From positions 1 to 63,801 of IMG/VR virus record IMGVR_UViG_3300032236_000737: a stretch of DNA of 63,801 nt; one strand, written 5' to 3'. Source of the stretch: a virus (lineage: Duplodnaviria > Caudoviricetes). Each line of letters starts with the position of its first letter. Within the stretch, counting starts at the first letter, position 1. Below are positions 41,501 to 47,933 of the stretch, one piece after another. The position numbers were made by a program, and so were the translations under genes. The notes under the pieces were generated by a model. It was not told where the DNA came from, ran no database searches, and saw only the letters and a list, made by a program, of their open reading frames with translations.

Positions 41501-42636
41501 TCATTACTTGCACGATTAATTAAAATGTAGTCTGCTAATCCTGCAAACCCAGTAGCATCACTGAATGGATTATTATCAAACTTATCACTGTCAAACGGAA
41601 TTGTTTGCTCTGAGGTATAAGAGTTAATAACTTCCAATGTAGTTGTTGATATCAATTTGATAGAAACACCGACGCCTTCAACATAATACTCGCCAAGTGC
41701 ATATTCAGCAGGTGTTACATTTCCTACAAATGCAACTTTCATGCCGTTACTAAGTTGAGTTCCGTCAGGTAACTTGTAGTGTTTTTTTCCTAACAAATCG
41801 TGAGTAACATCAATATAAGAATCATCTACAATAGATAATACTTCAATTACTCCGCCTAAGTTAATATCGGATTCGCTCTGATAGTACAAAATTGTAGGAG
41901 CATCTAGAGGAACTGTAAAAGTTAATGTTCCAGTTTCAATCCCATAGCCACTGATAAAATCATTTACATATCTGTCAGATTTACCGACACTTCTAGCTGT
42001 CTTGATACTGAATGGATTTCCAGGGCTGTTAATTTCAAAATTATAAGTTTGCCCTCTATAAAATTTCAATACAGGATTACGTGTAAATCCGTTAGGAGTA
42101 AACAAATACTCGTTATTATTAAGTTCAGATTCAATAGTTACAGTGTATGTACTTTCAATTGCTTTAACTTGACCAGGAACTTTAATAGTCTCAGGGCCGT
42201 ACGGTAACCAGTAATAATTTTGAAAGTTGACAAATTTATCCCAATCAATATGCGGATCCCAAGAATAAAATTCTTGTTTGTTTAGTCGTGCATGGTTTTT
42301 AGTATTGCCACCAAATACACTAATTTGATTTATATAATCAATATAATCTTTAAAGAAGGTTGTGTTGCCTAGGCTATCTTCAATTGTGATACTAGGTTCA
42401 AACTGATAGTTTTGTCTTACTGCATCTGGTGCTTTTAAGTAAACATCAGAACCTGTGGCACTTTTTGCATTTTCACGACCAATATACCCGTTAACTTTTT
42501 TTACTGTTCCGGGCTGAAACAACTGATCAACAGTTGCTTGTAAGAATTTTTTATTGGCACTTGTTTGATAAAATGTTGGTAAAAGATTTACACTTAATCC
42601 TACATTGCCTTTCTTTGCGTCTTGACTATTAGCCAT
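26530..42636 (-). CDS. giant (5368 aa) baseplate wedge/adhesin-like virion protein
   Basis: Uninterrupted 16.1-kb ORF downstream of the gp6-like gene; repeated W-x(5-6)-Y-x2-G-x2-V-x-Y modules, propeller-like FG repeats and GSGYxxAP repeats. Confidence 0.75.
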   Translation of the reverse strand: MANSQDAKKGNVGLSVNLLPTFYQTSANKKFLQATVDQLFQPGTVKKVNGYIGRENAKSATGSDVYLKAPDAVRQNYQFEPSITIEDSLGNTTFFKDYIDYINQISVFGGNTKNHARLNKQEFYSWDPHIDWDKFVNFQNYYWLPYGPETIKVPGQVKAIESTYTVTIESELNNNEYLFTPNGFTRNPVLKFYRGQTYNFEINSPGNPFSIKTARSVGKSDRYVNDFISGYGIETGTLTFTVPLDAPTILYYQSESDINLGGVIEVLSIVDDSYIDVTHDLLGKKHYKLPDGTQLSNGMKVAFVGNVTPAEYALGEYYVEGVGVSIKLISTTTLEVINSYTSEQTIPFDSDKFDNNPFSDATGFAGLADYILINRASNDYNNWSRYNRWFHKDVITASAAFNGNVASIDQTARAVRPIIEFEANLKLANSGTTAITDIDIVDDFTKDAFTDIEGKSGYNVDGVNLAQGQRIIFTADKDRLVRNKVFEVQFLDVLHLSSGSRQIHLAEVLDPVLNQVTLVKSGVKYQGKSFYYDGSSWVLGQQKTTINQAPLFDIVDANGVSYSDNSVYNGSTFKGTTLFSYKVGSGVADGRLGFPLSYRNISNIGDIVFNFTLATDSFQYKESTLVLTQNINVGYLVSQNYAGKLIYKNGWQVCTAPNTQAAIRIYKNSGLTNNFNVDIFDDITNLDDLVVKVYINGIRLDPTLWTLNDGSYYKYVSLNTPVGTSDVVTIRAFAAQPINDNGYYEIPLNLQNNPLNNIMGDFTLGEVTDHVNSIVDNLTTFVGTFPGPGNLRDLGNVTQYGTKFVQHSGPLSTAIYHITSEANNIVRSLEQSRDDYNNFKRNFIKIASNLGIDGDPVTIVNLIMQKINKDRPTTAPYYFSDMIPYGASVNTDLSVVDSRIKQYPLSAVFTLDSLSNKAVGIYLNGVQLVHGHDYTFNNQGFVIIDDRVDMHTGDTITTVEYDSTDGCFVPATPTKYGMWPAYAPKIYTDTTYLTPRVMIQGHDGSQVLAYGDYRDALILELEKRIFNNIKVKYDATIFDIADVIPTYNKTNDYSLAEFNAVLAPSFYKWTTLSGRDFTKPLSYSLNNTFTYNYSQTADPDGNPVPGYWRGIYRYLLDTDRPNLTPWEMLGFSLEPSWWQGLYGPAPYTGDNLPMWQDIADGLVKEPGKPAVKLSKYAKPFLMQHIPVDGNGMLKSPLESGLAYGPITQNVDNGFVFGDVSPVEAAWRRSSHYPFGVILASILLTPARTIGLLLDRSRIVRNLAGQLVYKDTNLRIRPMDVVLPSIYSSTTRVQTAGVVNYIVDQILNFIFSNNVKSYKRYTTDMQTMSAQLSYRVGAFTSKDQMNLLLDSKTPLSKGNVFVPQENYNIILNTSSPTKKITYSGVIITKMPNGFEVKGYSRTQPYFKYYPYTQSGATITVGGVSEVYTEWTPGQLYVASSIVHYNRSYYRALSTVTAGATFDTNMFTLLGGLPVIGGATATIRTRWDNTEPITVPYGTEFRTAQDVVDFLLGYGAWLTDQGFVFENFNVNLSHVANWETSAKEFLFWTTQNWSPNADKWSDWAPNTPVPYGTIVRYNSSYYSALYNLQPASVFDETKYTLLEGLSNVGNSVISLSPSASKLTFTTTLEVVDDIKNQFYEYEIFKVDGTPFAPQFLDSYRNGNEVTYSPRTADGIYGASFYLIQHEQVITLSNNTIFNDVIYNPESGYRQERIKVSGHVSVEWYGGLDIPGFIFDQAIIQEWQSWKDYALGDIVNYQGFYYSALTALVGTSTFDPTAWTQLTHKPTPQLLPNWSYKASQFEDFYSLDSDNFDSGQQTMSHHLIGYQKRQYLDNIIQDNVTEFKFYQGMIREKGTQNVLNKLFNVLSSDNLESLSFYEEWALRVGQYGAARAFENIEFILDESKFKTNPQGIELRNLHDTSLDETFIIQQTKNDVYLKPLGYNSQPWPLLDTYNSYLRSAGYANASDVFVSLGYLSELTNQDITTFNEGAYISVSFDGPSWNVYRFTDIQIAITDVSYNSSTNTLSLTTTNLTSLKVGDWIGLSQVSAIQGFYQVTSVVLNTFTVSATLKSFPSPFTQSNQLVVYSLVSQRASSIDSLDTILTTRLNPGELVWTDNQGNGKWATWQYTPVYNASYLNNSAPQAGLEFGNVIAINRFGTMAAVGSGFGQLTTYDKSSVALPWVQRQIIEPPFIATNSVYLVTASTVLGSNTVAMAGASSGMVGGIITGQGIPLDTLVTSVNVGVSVTISQVATSTNSRTTYNVTTNPNPGNIIASSIAISPDGQYMITGSSQAGYAVTNYIGEYDPNTVYGPGAIVSITDDNSGIISYYKAAVVVPVRTVPSTNPSYWETIYYVPVNSYGTWQSTAIYPVGALVVYKSKVYKAATKLYGRVTITVTNTASGTYYLTTEDTSVLGAGYEIIFDGAVFGGIVSGVIYYVATIIDGTRFTVTALRGSPLTVPLTTASGIMSGTQQAPDTPDSGSGQWTFQSTQTGYAGQGVVSLYKKDSNNIYALVDTITSPIPDSNENFGASFAFGNDVIYVSAPGYGNSTGRVYKLKYSTIVQAQSAYNPVGSSESTLRVTSTTGIREGMYVLGAGFTSGQTVTAVINSTTLQLSGTPDSTPSGIIEFAVIGWGYDWSEVYTGTIEGMNFGYSLAISNDNSTLAISAASTITTAIVAIFKASNNLVIATTGASGTGTTATITFTNRNLVPFAIGDTITVTGVTPSSFNGSFVVTAVTNNSVSYASSALGPQTHAGTVTGNSLAGFELTQLLEGVDYDIQLAISDDGSYIAISDDTVSTAQIKQQGQVSVYQNNNGTYSFYQAIVPHQPETNGHFGRKIAFMNNYETLAIFSQYGDTFITTTFDKNGTTFDKNSTPFTVRQTNSGRIDIYDKYANNWVFSESLSKANPVTTAGEFVVGDTYSILTLGTTDFTRIGASVNAIGVTFVATGDGSGTGTAAIVTSESGVLDGYGTGFAVGANHILIGAPFGTDQGMQSGRVYDYGKRPGQTSWTMIHSEIDKPDVKKIKKAFLYNRKLGTLVTYLDVIDPAQGKIAGPADEEIKFKAFYDPATYSVGDTTVNVNSGTAWKDDQVGQLWWDLRTAKFLNAYENNPVYKNTNWNTLAPGASIDVYEWVKYNQLPSQWDSLADTPTGTAMGISGTSLYGNAIYSVKQTFNTATQQFKNTYYFWVKNKKFIPSAPGRNLAAQDVANLIANPRGQAYAYLALTGPNSLSLVNAKQYLKSDEVVLSIEYWIGKKTDQNVHGHWTLVSNDPTTYIPLPIEQKWIDSLCGKDSVGRPVPDPALPPKIRYGIENRPRQGMFVNRFEALKEFVEQANQLLIVNQVVENNNLKNLESYDVAPAVTTGLYDVAFDTYAELDYANVGNFAKPSISPSIADGKIVGIIINTDSTGNPLLGKGYAVAPYIEVIGSGSGAIVQTTINSKGQITGAKVVATGEGYDDNTVMVIRNYSALVRSDTNANNNWSIYTWIPPVVATNGTVTPGYWTLSRTQSYDVRNYWNYADWYATGYSQFSIADFSVATLADLNSLTPNIGATVKVRNSNSGGWVLLSRYSNSTSVDWTQSYSVVGLQNGTIQLSSSLYNSADTGLGFDNNIYDSASYDLVAATELRIILDSLKNDIFVGELNGSYLDLFFGSVHYIHSEQPYVDWIFKTSFVKAQHNIGSLDQPVTYKPDNLANFEDYVNEVKPYKTKVREYISNYDSIDPAHLPITDFDLQPIYENNKISLIEVHVENGKVVAQDTAIETYPWKFWLDNVGFTITELKLIDGGNGYVTEPQVIIAGNSGSGATARAFISNEKVNRIVLLTPGSGYLSAPTVTIKGGILPTGTPATAVAVIGESVVRSNYVGIKFDRIDQKYYITQIQKVETFTGSGSRLQFPLIWGPDNRIGKSTVTINGISALRDTYTLSIVPSKVKGYTTYSGKITFTTAPVKGAKIVVTYILDESLLGATDRIQYYYNSSTGELGKDLAQLMTGIDYGGVIVNGLGFEISQGWDSVPFYSDKWDTYDSTYTDYNVVVDANTHDFTLPYTPTAGTQLNIYKISNSVDSYVSDGVATEYQYNIQDYNPYVTISHTVKTVGISTAGSTKLTVTSLAGIRVGDVISTTDTALTLIALDTKVTAVGPNTTLGLSSTQVQIGTILYNDLPDEVYLTFTRKLVQPTDVVIGQTGLITLPSLANSGIIAGTTINIIGSLNPVRLDDPNYNIAPFFTQLIEATAYDAAFSSNYQSILAGIAILNHITTYGYKVSETNYSINSLIENISVLPAVVNNAGAEAVIDTNTDVITTIIGGGIIPQPVFGSLPGTSQGQISAATLLNDNISFIQAELMQYITNHYPSVTYNHTDFQTRIQYIVLSLCYDLMYGGNKESVYSAKQYWIYNNSIPFIQPSAYWSGIFGYLNTMAQKIITNTQFTRLQTHFFQTTISGLTGGAVAGTSISDNIATISTIISSSFYPNANIVNPSISGATSGLQTVANAILSNTSTLTPVMNPTAIVNTFLSDGTGDGVGVTSKTFSIPQPYTLVDGGQADSTIDIEVDDGGSASTVFGVLDKVDEGSNASANVFVVSKGDEFIIRQTTSDGSIAPQSQDYDTALSGGDTSSLNGVFATATGLAADDIIIDGDGFVTPTTNVAPEEVVPGQVIDTLAIKVYDKPTSGSGMIKVDNYLADGTTTAFLLSQTPNGPGAVIVKVNNNIKTINTDYDVDYNTNSIVFHFAPDANSEVSLFSIGFNGTNIIDIDHFVGDGTTREFVTNATWVSPVTTLIYVDGIVASPQLFKTDTSYSYSNAIGFRFGVAPKAGDIINFIIVAGSEPTYAITNVETVATNGARTYTLRNKIGTSLPNESNMIVRVDQTILQAPVNTYFTIGSNRLNYTIDPTKFVPYSVDFSTLFVYVGSVQLTQGIDFIVDLGGITVKINKAVYTKYKGETLIVSIIANNGYTFNPITNQITFAQAYDNTHVVQVIGSYQHEFLDIERTTVNASSTASLVPNSADYYYYENILGGIVVLDRPVINDYYVWVVKNNRLLTPVVDYKLNADYQSITLAAPCINTDKITLITFGSNILKSGIAYMQFKDMLNRVSYKRLSQAKQTTLAQDLHWNDTSIVVTNASAFDLPNPRINRPGVVEIRGERIEYFSLVGNTLSQLRRGTLGTGVYNLNVAGTLVQDIGTSETIPYNDTQIVQQIISDGTSTVNLDFVPASVNEIEVFVGGYNDGAVWEPGAVYTVGSIVNVGVYTYRCLTNHISGSTFYNTVTTVTLNADGTTTAIANGVASNSVWNFFIGNRRLKKVGYSAFNINNAPASPEGDVEFSQDFTVDGTTAALTLTNLLSFGTHITVVKNTGVAWDNTTNVLYDTGKIGDFIRSQPGIWYSEYK

Positions 42637-45600
42637 TAGTTACCCCAAAAGTTGCGCTGGTTATATTTTGACTTGTTACTAGTGAGTTCAGAGCTTGCCC
42701 TGTTACTGTTTTAATATTATCCGATGTTAGTCCTGCAACAATATTAATATCCGATGCAGTTGCACAACTAACAAATATACGGTCGCTTGGACATTGTATT
42801 TCAAATAAACTTCCAAAGTATTGAGAACCTTGTTTTGGCACAATTACAAAGTTTGTAATATCTGGTGCAAGTTGTGTCATCACATAGGTCGATAATTCTG
42901 TAAAGTAGAATGTGTCTCCAAAATTCCAATTTTCAAGTGCAAAGAATCGATTAAATGCTGTAATAATTCTTGCAATTATATCATTATCACTTGCAGTACT
43001 ACTTGGATTTCTTACCACATTAAATGTTGCTTGTAAATTAAGATCTGCTTGGCTACCAAACAATAAAATATAGCTCACTGGATGATAGATAATTTCGTCT
43101 GAAATAGACTTAATTAAATTTAAATCGCTTCCTAATAAACTGTTTAGTTCATTACTACTTGGCGGCATTGGCTTGCTAATATTAGCACCACTTAACCATT
43201 GTCTAAATTGTGTATCGTATGCTGTAGTTAAAATAAAGATGTCCATGATGTTACTTGCACCTGGATCAATTCTAGAATTATAATCAGCATTATGTGTATA
43301 CTGGAATTTTAAGTTATCTCTACCAACATAAACTTTATAGTCTAACGTTGGATTTAATGTACTAGTAGCGGCATTGTATTTTTTAACAACTTGTTTGTCT
43401 GTAAAATAAAAATACTGACCATCTTTGTATTGAGTAAGAGCACCAACGTTTCCTTGTGTGTTTAAAATAATCACAAGAGATTGGTCGTTTGGTACATAAC
43501 GATAGTCTTCTTGGCCTTCAGTTATTAGATAACGTTCTTGAATTATGTATTTTTCTAAAGCGTTTGTACCAGGAGCAACAATATCTAAAAATAACTGTGG
43601 GTTATCAACAATGCCGTTATTTTCACTATCAGCAAAAGCTACAACAATTTTTGTTGGATCAATATACCCGTCTTGGCCAGTATATTCTGCAATAATTTGC
43701 CAAGGCAAATCAACTGTAAATGGTTGTGTGCTGTCTGGTTTTGTATTAATACTTAGAATTTTTAAACTATCTAATATAGTATTACTTGAAACTATGTCGT
43801 AAACTTTCTGTGTACTATCAAAATAGAAAGTCACTTCTTGATCACTTTCAAAAATATAACGTAGTAAACGAGAACTTACTGTATAGTATTCGTTGTTAGT
43901 AGTGAATAGTAACAACCAACTAGAGTCTTGTTGGGTGTTGGTAACATCGCCTTGATTACCAAGACTGAATGCACTTGATGTATTCAAATTAGTTTCAAAT
44001 ACTATTTGCCATGTTTGTGTTGTAGCATCATAACGCAAACCAAATGGTTTATTGTTGAATATTAAATCAATCATTGTAGTTACAATAGACGGTTGTATTG
44101 TAACATTTAATTGTGGAATGATTTGACTAATAATTGCACCAGTAGGAATTACATGGTTTAATGTTACTGCTCCAAATCCTGTTGATAACTTTCCATTACC
44201 GCTAGCTGTTCCGTCTGTAGTAATTGATACAACTTGTGCCCATACATAAGATACAGCACCTGCCGCAGTAGCATCTCCAGTTAACAACATATTTTTGTCA
44301 GTTGTGTCAAAATATTTTCCTGGGGGTGCAACAAACTTTACTAACGCACCAGTAGTAAAATATTTTAAGTCTGTACTTGTATAAGATCCAAGTTTATAAG
44401 GCACTGCGTCTGTTGATGATCCAACATAACCAGTACTACTATTACTGTCACTGGTTACATTATACCATGCAATGTTTAAACTTTCTGTAATGTAGTTAAT
44501 ATAATTTGCATAATAGAAATTTCGCAAATCAGGTGTGTTTAAAATTGGAAATATAGTATTATAAACGATTCCTTCAATATCTGTTTTTGTTAGATATGAA
44601 AAATTCAAAGTTGATACATATGGCTCTTGATAGATAATACCGTCATCTGCAAATAAATTTGTAGTACTGTATTTTCCTGTTGGGTCAACTAAATCAAAAT
44701 AACGACTAATACCACTGCTTGTTCTATTAACAGATTTAACTTTTGCAACTTTTTGTGTAACTGACAACGGACTAATGTTGTAGTCTTCGCCAGTAACCAT
44801 TCTGTTTTGTGTATAATAAGTTTGCGGAGCATTTGCTTTGATGCTTGCATTTGTTTCTGTTCCAGAACTGTTTGATACACTACTGACAAGGCCAAGACTA
44901 ACTGTTAGAGTTTCAGTTTGTCCTTGGTTGCTTGTATAAGGAATAGTGATTAAAACATTTAAAATGTCCGATGCATTGATAGTATAAGACAAGTTATTAC
45001 TTGTTCTATAATAAACTCTAAAATTACCTAGTGGTAATTGTCCAAACACACCGTCTGCAAAACTTAAAGTGATTGCATCGCCTGCGCGGGTTACAACATT
45101 ATAAATGGTTTTAATTTTGTTGTTTAAATTATTGTAAATTATATTGTTGCCTGTAAGTGCCGGTACTTGAGTCCATAGTGTACTTTCAAGTCCTGACTTT
45201 TGATCAATAGAATATAACCATACATCTGTGTTGTTGATGTTTTGTGTGTTAACATCAATAGTTTCATTCTTTGTAGGCTGTGTAACTACAAATGTTCCTT
45301 GATTTAATACACCTTGTGTAAAGTGAAAGAAGAAACCTGTGTTAGCACTGCCTGCTCCAAATCCGTCATCACGATATACACAAGCAATCTTATTAGAAAT
45401 TTTTGGAGGTTCTTCGTAGATAAAAGTTTTTCCAGCAAACGTAGTGCTAGTAACTTCAAAATTCATGCTTCGTCCAGCAACAGTCTTAGTGAATCCGTAT
45501 GTAGGAACGTTCGTATTGGCTCCGTTAAATCTGTATTGTCCTGTGTTGATTCCGTAAATGCTTGCTTGATCGATTGGATTTCCAAACTGATTTGTAGTTA

Positions 45601-46093
45601 ACAATGCCGCATTTATCACTTTAATAAACTGATCGTACCAGTTAGCATTACTCGGGTCATTCCAAGTAATATATTGTCCTGATAAGTTAATACCATTGCT
45701 ATCAAGTACTGTTTCTGTTGTACTAATAGTATTAATTTTTAGTAGTCCTGTGGCGGCTACGTTTCTACTAGGATTATAACCAATCATACGTGCTAAACGC
45801 AACACGCTATCGCGACGTTCTGCTAGTTCTAAGAAGTTTTCACGAGCATTTAAGTCAACGCGGAAGGCAATGCTTTGTCCGATAAACGCAATAATATCAA
45901 TTAATGCCAAGTATTCTGAGCTTTCAATGTAATCATTAAAATCTTCAGGGAAATTTGTACGGATATAATCAATCATTGTACGGCGAAGATTCTCAAAGTC
46001 ATAACTTTGGAAGTCGGCGTTCTTAAATGATTGATAAATTTTCTGCCAGTCTTCGCTCACTAGCAGGTTGTTTAGTCTATCCGTTGAGCTCAT
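42629..46093 (-). CDS. gp6: baseplate wedge subunit (T4 gp6-like)
   Basis: DFENLR...DYIESSE...ENFLELAERRDSVLRLARMIGY and QNRMVTGEDY motifs. Confidence 0.8.
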   Translation of the reverse strand: MSSTDRLNNLLVSEDWQKIYQSFKNADFQSYDFENLRRTMIDYIRTNFPEDFNDYIESSEYLALIDIIAFIGQSIAFRVDLNARENFLELAERRDSVLRLARMIGYNPSRNVAATGLLKINTISTTETVLDSNGINLSGQYITWNDPSNANWYDQFIKVINAALLTTNQFGNPIDQASIYGINTGQYRFNGANTNVPTYGFTKTVAGRSMNFEVTSTTFAGKTFIYEEPPKISNKIACVYRDDGFGAGSANTGFFFHFTQGVLNQGTFVVTQPTKNETIDVNTQNINNTDVWLYSIDQKSGLESTLWTQVPALTGNNIIYNNLNNKIKTIYNVVTRAGDAITLSFADGVFGQLPLGNFRVYYRTSNNLSYTINASDILNVLITIPYTSNQGQTETLTVSLGLVSSVSNSSGTETNASIKANAPQTYYTQNRMVTGEDYNISPLSVTQKVAKVKSVNRTSSGISRYFDLVDPTGKYSTTNLFADDGIIYQEPYVSTLNFSYLTKTDIEGIVYNTIFPILNTPDLRNFYYANYINYITESLNIAWYNVTSDSNSSTGYVGSSTDAVPYKLGSYTSTDLKYFTTGALVKFVAPPGKYFDTTDKNMLLTGDATAAGAVSYVWAQVVSITTDGTASGNGKLSTGFGAVTLNHVIPTGAIISQIIPQLNVTIQPSIVTTMIDLIFNNKPFGLRYDATTQTWQIVFETNLNTSSAFSLGNQGDVTNTQQDSSWLLLFTTNNEYYTVSSRLLRYIFESDQEVTFYFDSTQKVYDIVSSNTILDSLKILSINTKPDSTQPFTVDLPWQIIAEYTGQDGYIDPTKIVVAFADSENNGIVDNPQLFLDIVAPGTNALEKYIIQERYLITEGQEDYRYVPNDQSLVIILNTQGNVGALTQYKDGQYFYFTDKQVVKKYNAATSTLNPTLDYKVYVGRDNLKFQYTHNADYNSRIDPGASNIMDIFILTTAYDTQFRQWLSGANISKPMPPSSNELNSLLGSDLNLIKSISDEIIYHPVSYILLFGSQADLNLQATFNVVRNPSSTASDNDIIARIITAFNRFFALENWNFGDTFYFTELSTYVMTQLAPDITNFVIVPKQGSQYFGSLFEIQCPSDRIFVSCATASDINIVAGLTSDNIKTVTGQALNSLVTSQNITSATFGVTNG

Positions 46094-46111
46094 AATATGT
46101 CCTAATAAGTG

Positions 46112-46143
46112 TATTTATTGAAATAAATTATGTGCGTAGTTTA
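46112..46143 (-). promoter_or_regulatory. late promoter TAAATA with upstream TAAACTACGCA element
   Basis: Minus strand reads TAAACTACGCA-CATAATTTATTTCAA-TAAATA. Confidence 0.6.
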
Positions 46144-46578
46144 TTGTACAAGTAATCCGTTGGCTTGATCGAACTTTAATTGGATAGTTTCTTGCAAGTT
46201 ATATTGCGTATATTTCAATGTGTATTGTATTTGTAACCCAGTATCGTAGGGTAATACTACAACATTTCCGGCTTGAACTCGTGGGTCAAAATTGATTATT
46301 TCATTAACATTTTGTAATATTAAATCCTTAATTGTTTCAGTTAAAGGCTCGTATAGCAAGTCCCAGATGATGGTTCCAAATGTAGGATTCATCAGTCTTT
46401 CGCCCTGACGTACATAAAAGTGATTCAGTAAATCCTGCTTGATTAAATCAAAATCATACAATGCAAAGTTTTCGGTGTTTGTACTTACGGTACTGAAACC
46501 TTTGTAAGTTTTAGGTGGAGCTACAGAAGTACCGCCAATTGCCGGTAATGTGATTTTGTTATATAAATTAGAAGCCAT
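46141..46578 (-). CDS. gp25: baseplate wedge protein (gp25/GPW-like)
   Basis: IKQDLLNHF...GERLMNPTFGTIIWDLLYEP...DPRV motif. Confidence 0.85.
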   Translation of the reverse strand: MASNLYNKITLPAIGGTSVAPPKTYKGFSTVSTNTENFALYDFDLIKQDLLNHFYVRQGERLMNPTFGTIIWDLLYEPLTETIKDLILQNVNEIINFDPRVQAGNVVVLPYDTGLQIQYTLKYTQYNLQETIQLKFDQANGLLVQ

Positions 46579-47933
46579 TAACTTCCTCCTTGTACTTTGT
46601 TAAAAGTATCTGTTGTCGTTGTGTACATTCCAAAGGCAGCTGGGGGCGCTGGTGGAGTAACTTTTGCGGCTGCTTTTGTCTTTGCTGGTGTAGATGCTGT
46701 AGGATCTAAATTTTCGTGTCCTGCCCATGGTTCTGTTTGTGGAACTCTATTTGCCTTATTAGCTTTAGTTGCGGCAGGGCCATTCATATCAATTTTTCCA
46801 GCAGTTTCATAATGGTGTGCGCTATTAATATTAGTGTTCTTAGTTGCTGTCATATTAGCATTACCAGTAGCATTTAAATTAATGTCACCAGTTGCTGTTA
46901 AATTAATATCCCTATCAGATGTGATATTAAAATCATTTGCAGTATGCATACTAATACTGTCTTGTGCATAGATATCAATTTTGCCGTTACTAGTTAATTC
47001 TATCCAGGCTGTTCCACGACTGTTAGTAATGTAAATTAAATCTTCACTATTGTGTAAAAGAATTTGGTGTCCGGTACGTGTGCGAATGCGGAATAATTCA
47101 TTATGAGGAATATCAGGTTTACCTGAATAATCACCTTGCTCTACTGCCGCATATTCTGGAGGACCTTCTCCTGCTTTAGTTTTTCTTAAAAACTTATCAT
47201 CGCCGTCATCCATTACAAATGTAGTTCCACCTAATCGGCTAACAGGTGCATTAGGAATTAAATGTTCAATTTTTCCAACAGGTCCTTGTTTTGCACCAGG
47301 ACGTTTATCTAATGGCCCCGGAGTACTAATACCAAATACCATGCTAGGTGTTTCTCTACGAGCACTACTTGTAGTAATGCCGCGGATGTCGTCTTTAATT
47401 AACCCTTGAGCATTTAAAACATCTGCTAAAGGATGTGTTGGTTTTTTAATCTGCGTTGCATCTGATGGAGTATCATTAACTTGTTTGTTATATTCTGCAA
47501 CTGGTGCTCTTGTATAAGTGCCTTCAACATTATTCTGTGTAGCCGCAATACCTGGCAACATAAAATTCATGTTTTCATCTTGTACACACCCCATCCAGTA
47601 TCCTTGACGAGGATCTCCATCAATAAAAAATACAATTACAGTGGTACCAGGATCTGGTGGAATCATCCACATACCATAACTTTTTTGTGTGTTGTTATAG
47701 TCGTTTGGATCTTGAGAAACATGTTTAACACCGGTGACTCCGTAAAACGGACTCATGTATTTTACTTGATGCAGTTGGCTTTCAACACCGTCGCCACCTG
47801 CCGGTCTTAAAATTTCAACTTCTAAAATTCCCATGTAAGTAGGATCTAGATGACTTACTACTCGTGCTAAAAACGGTCCCGGTTTTTGTTCTGAATCTTG
47901 CGCCGGTGCATAATCATAATTCTTATCTGACAT
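46578..47933 (-). CDS. gp5: baseplate hub/tail spike protein (gp5/VgrG-like, no lysozyme domain evident)
   Basis: OB-fold-like SYGMWMIPPDPGTTVIVFF; RTRTGHQILL beta-helix region; start MSDKNY at 47933. Confidence 0.7.
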   Translation of the reverse strand: MSDKNYDYAPAQDSEQKPGPFLARVVSHLDPTYMGILEVEILRPAGGDGVESQLHQVKYMSPFYGVTGVKHVSQDPNDYNNTQKSYGMWMIPPDPGTTVIVFFIDGDPRQGYWMGCVQDENMNFMLPGIAATQNNVEGTYTRAPVAEYNKQVNDTPSDATQIKKPTHPLADVLNAQGLIKDDIRGITTSSARRETPSMVFGISTPGPLDKRPGAKQGPVGKIEHLIPNAPVSRLGGTTFVMDDGDDKFLRKTKAGEGPPEYAAVEQGDYSGKPDIPHNELFRIRTRTGHQILLHNSEDLIYITNSRGTAWIELTSNGKIDIYAQDSISMHTANDFNITSDRDINLTATGDINLNATGNANMTATKNTNINSAHHYETAGKIDMNGPAATKANKANRVPQTEPWAGHENLDPTASTPAKTKAAAKVTPPAPPAAFGMYTTTTDTFNKVQGGS

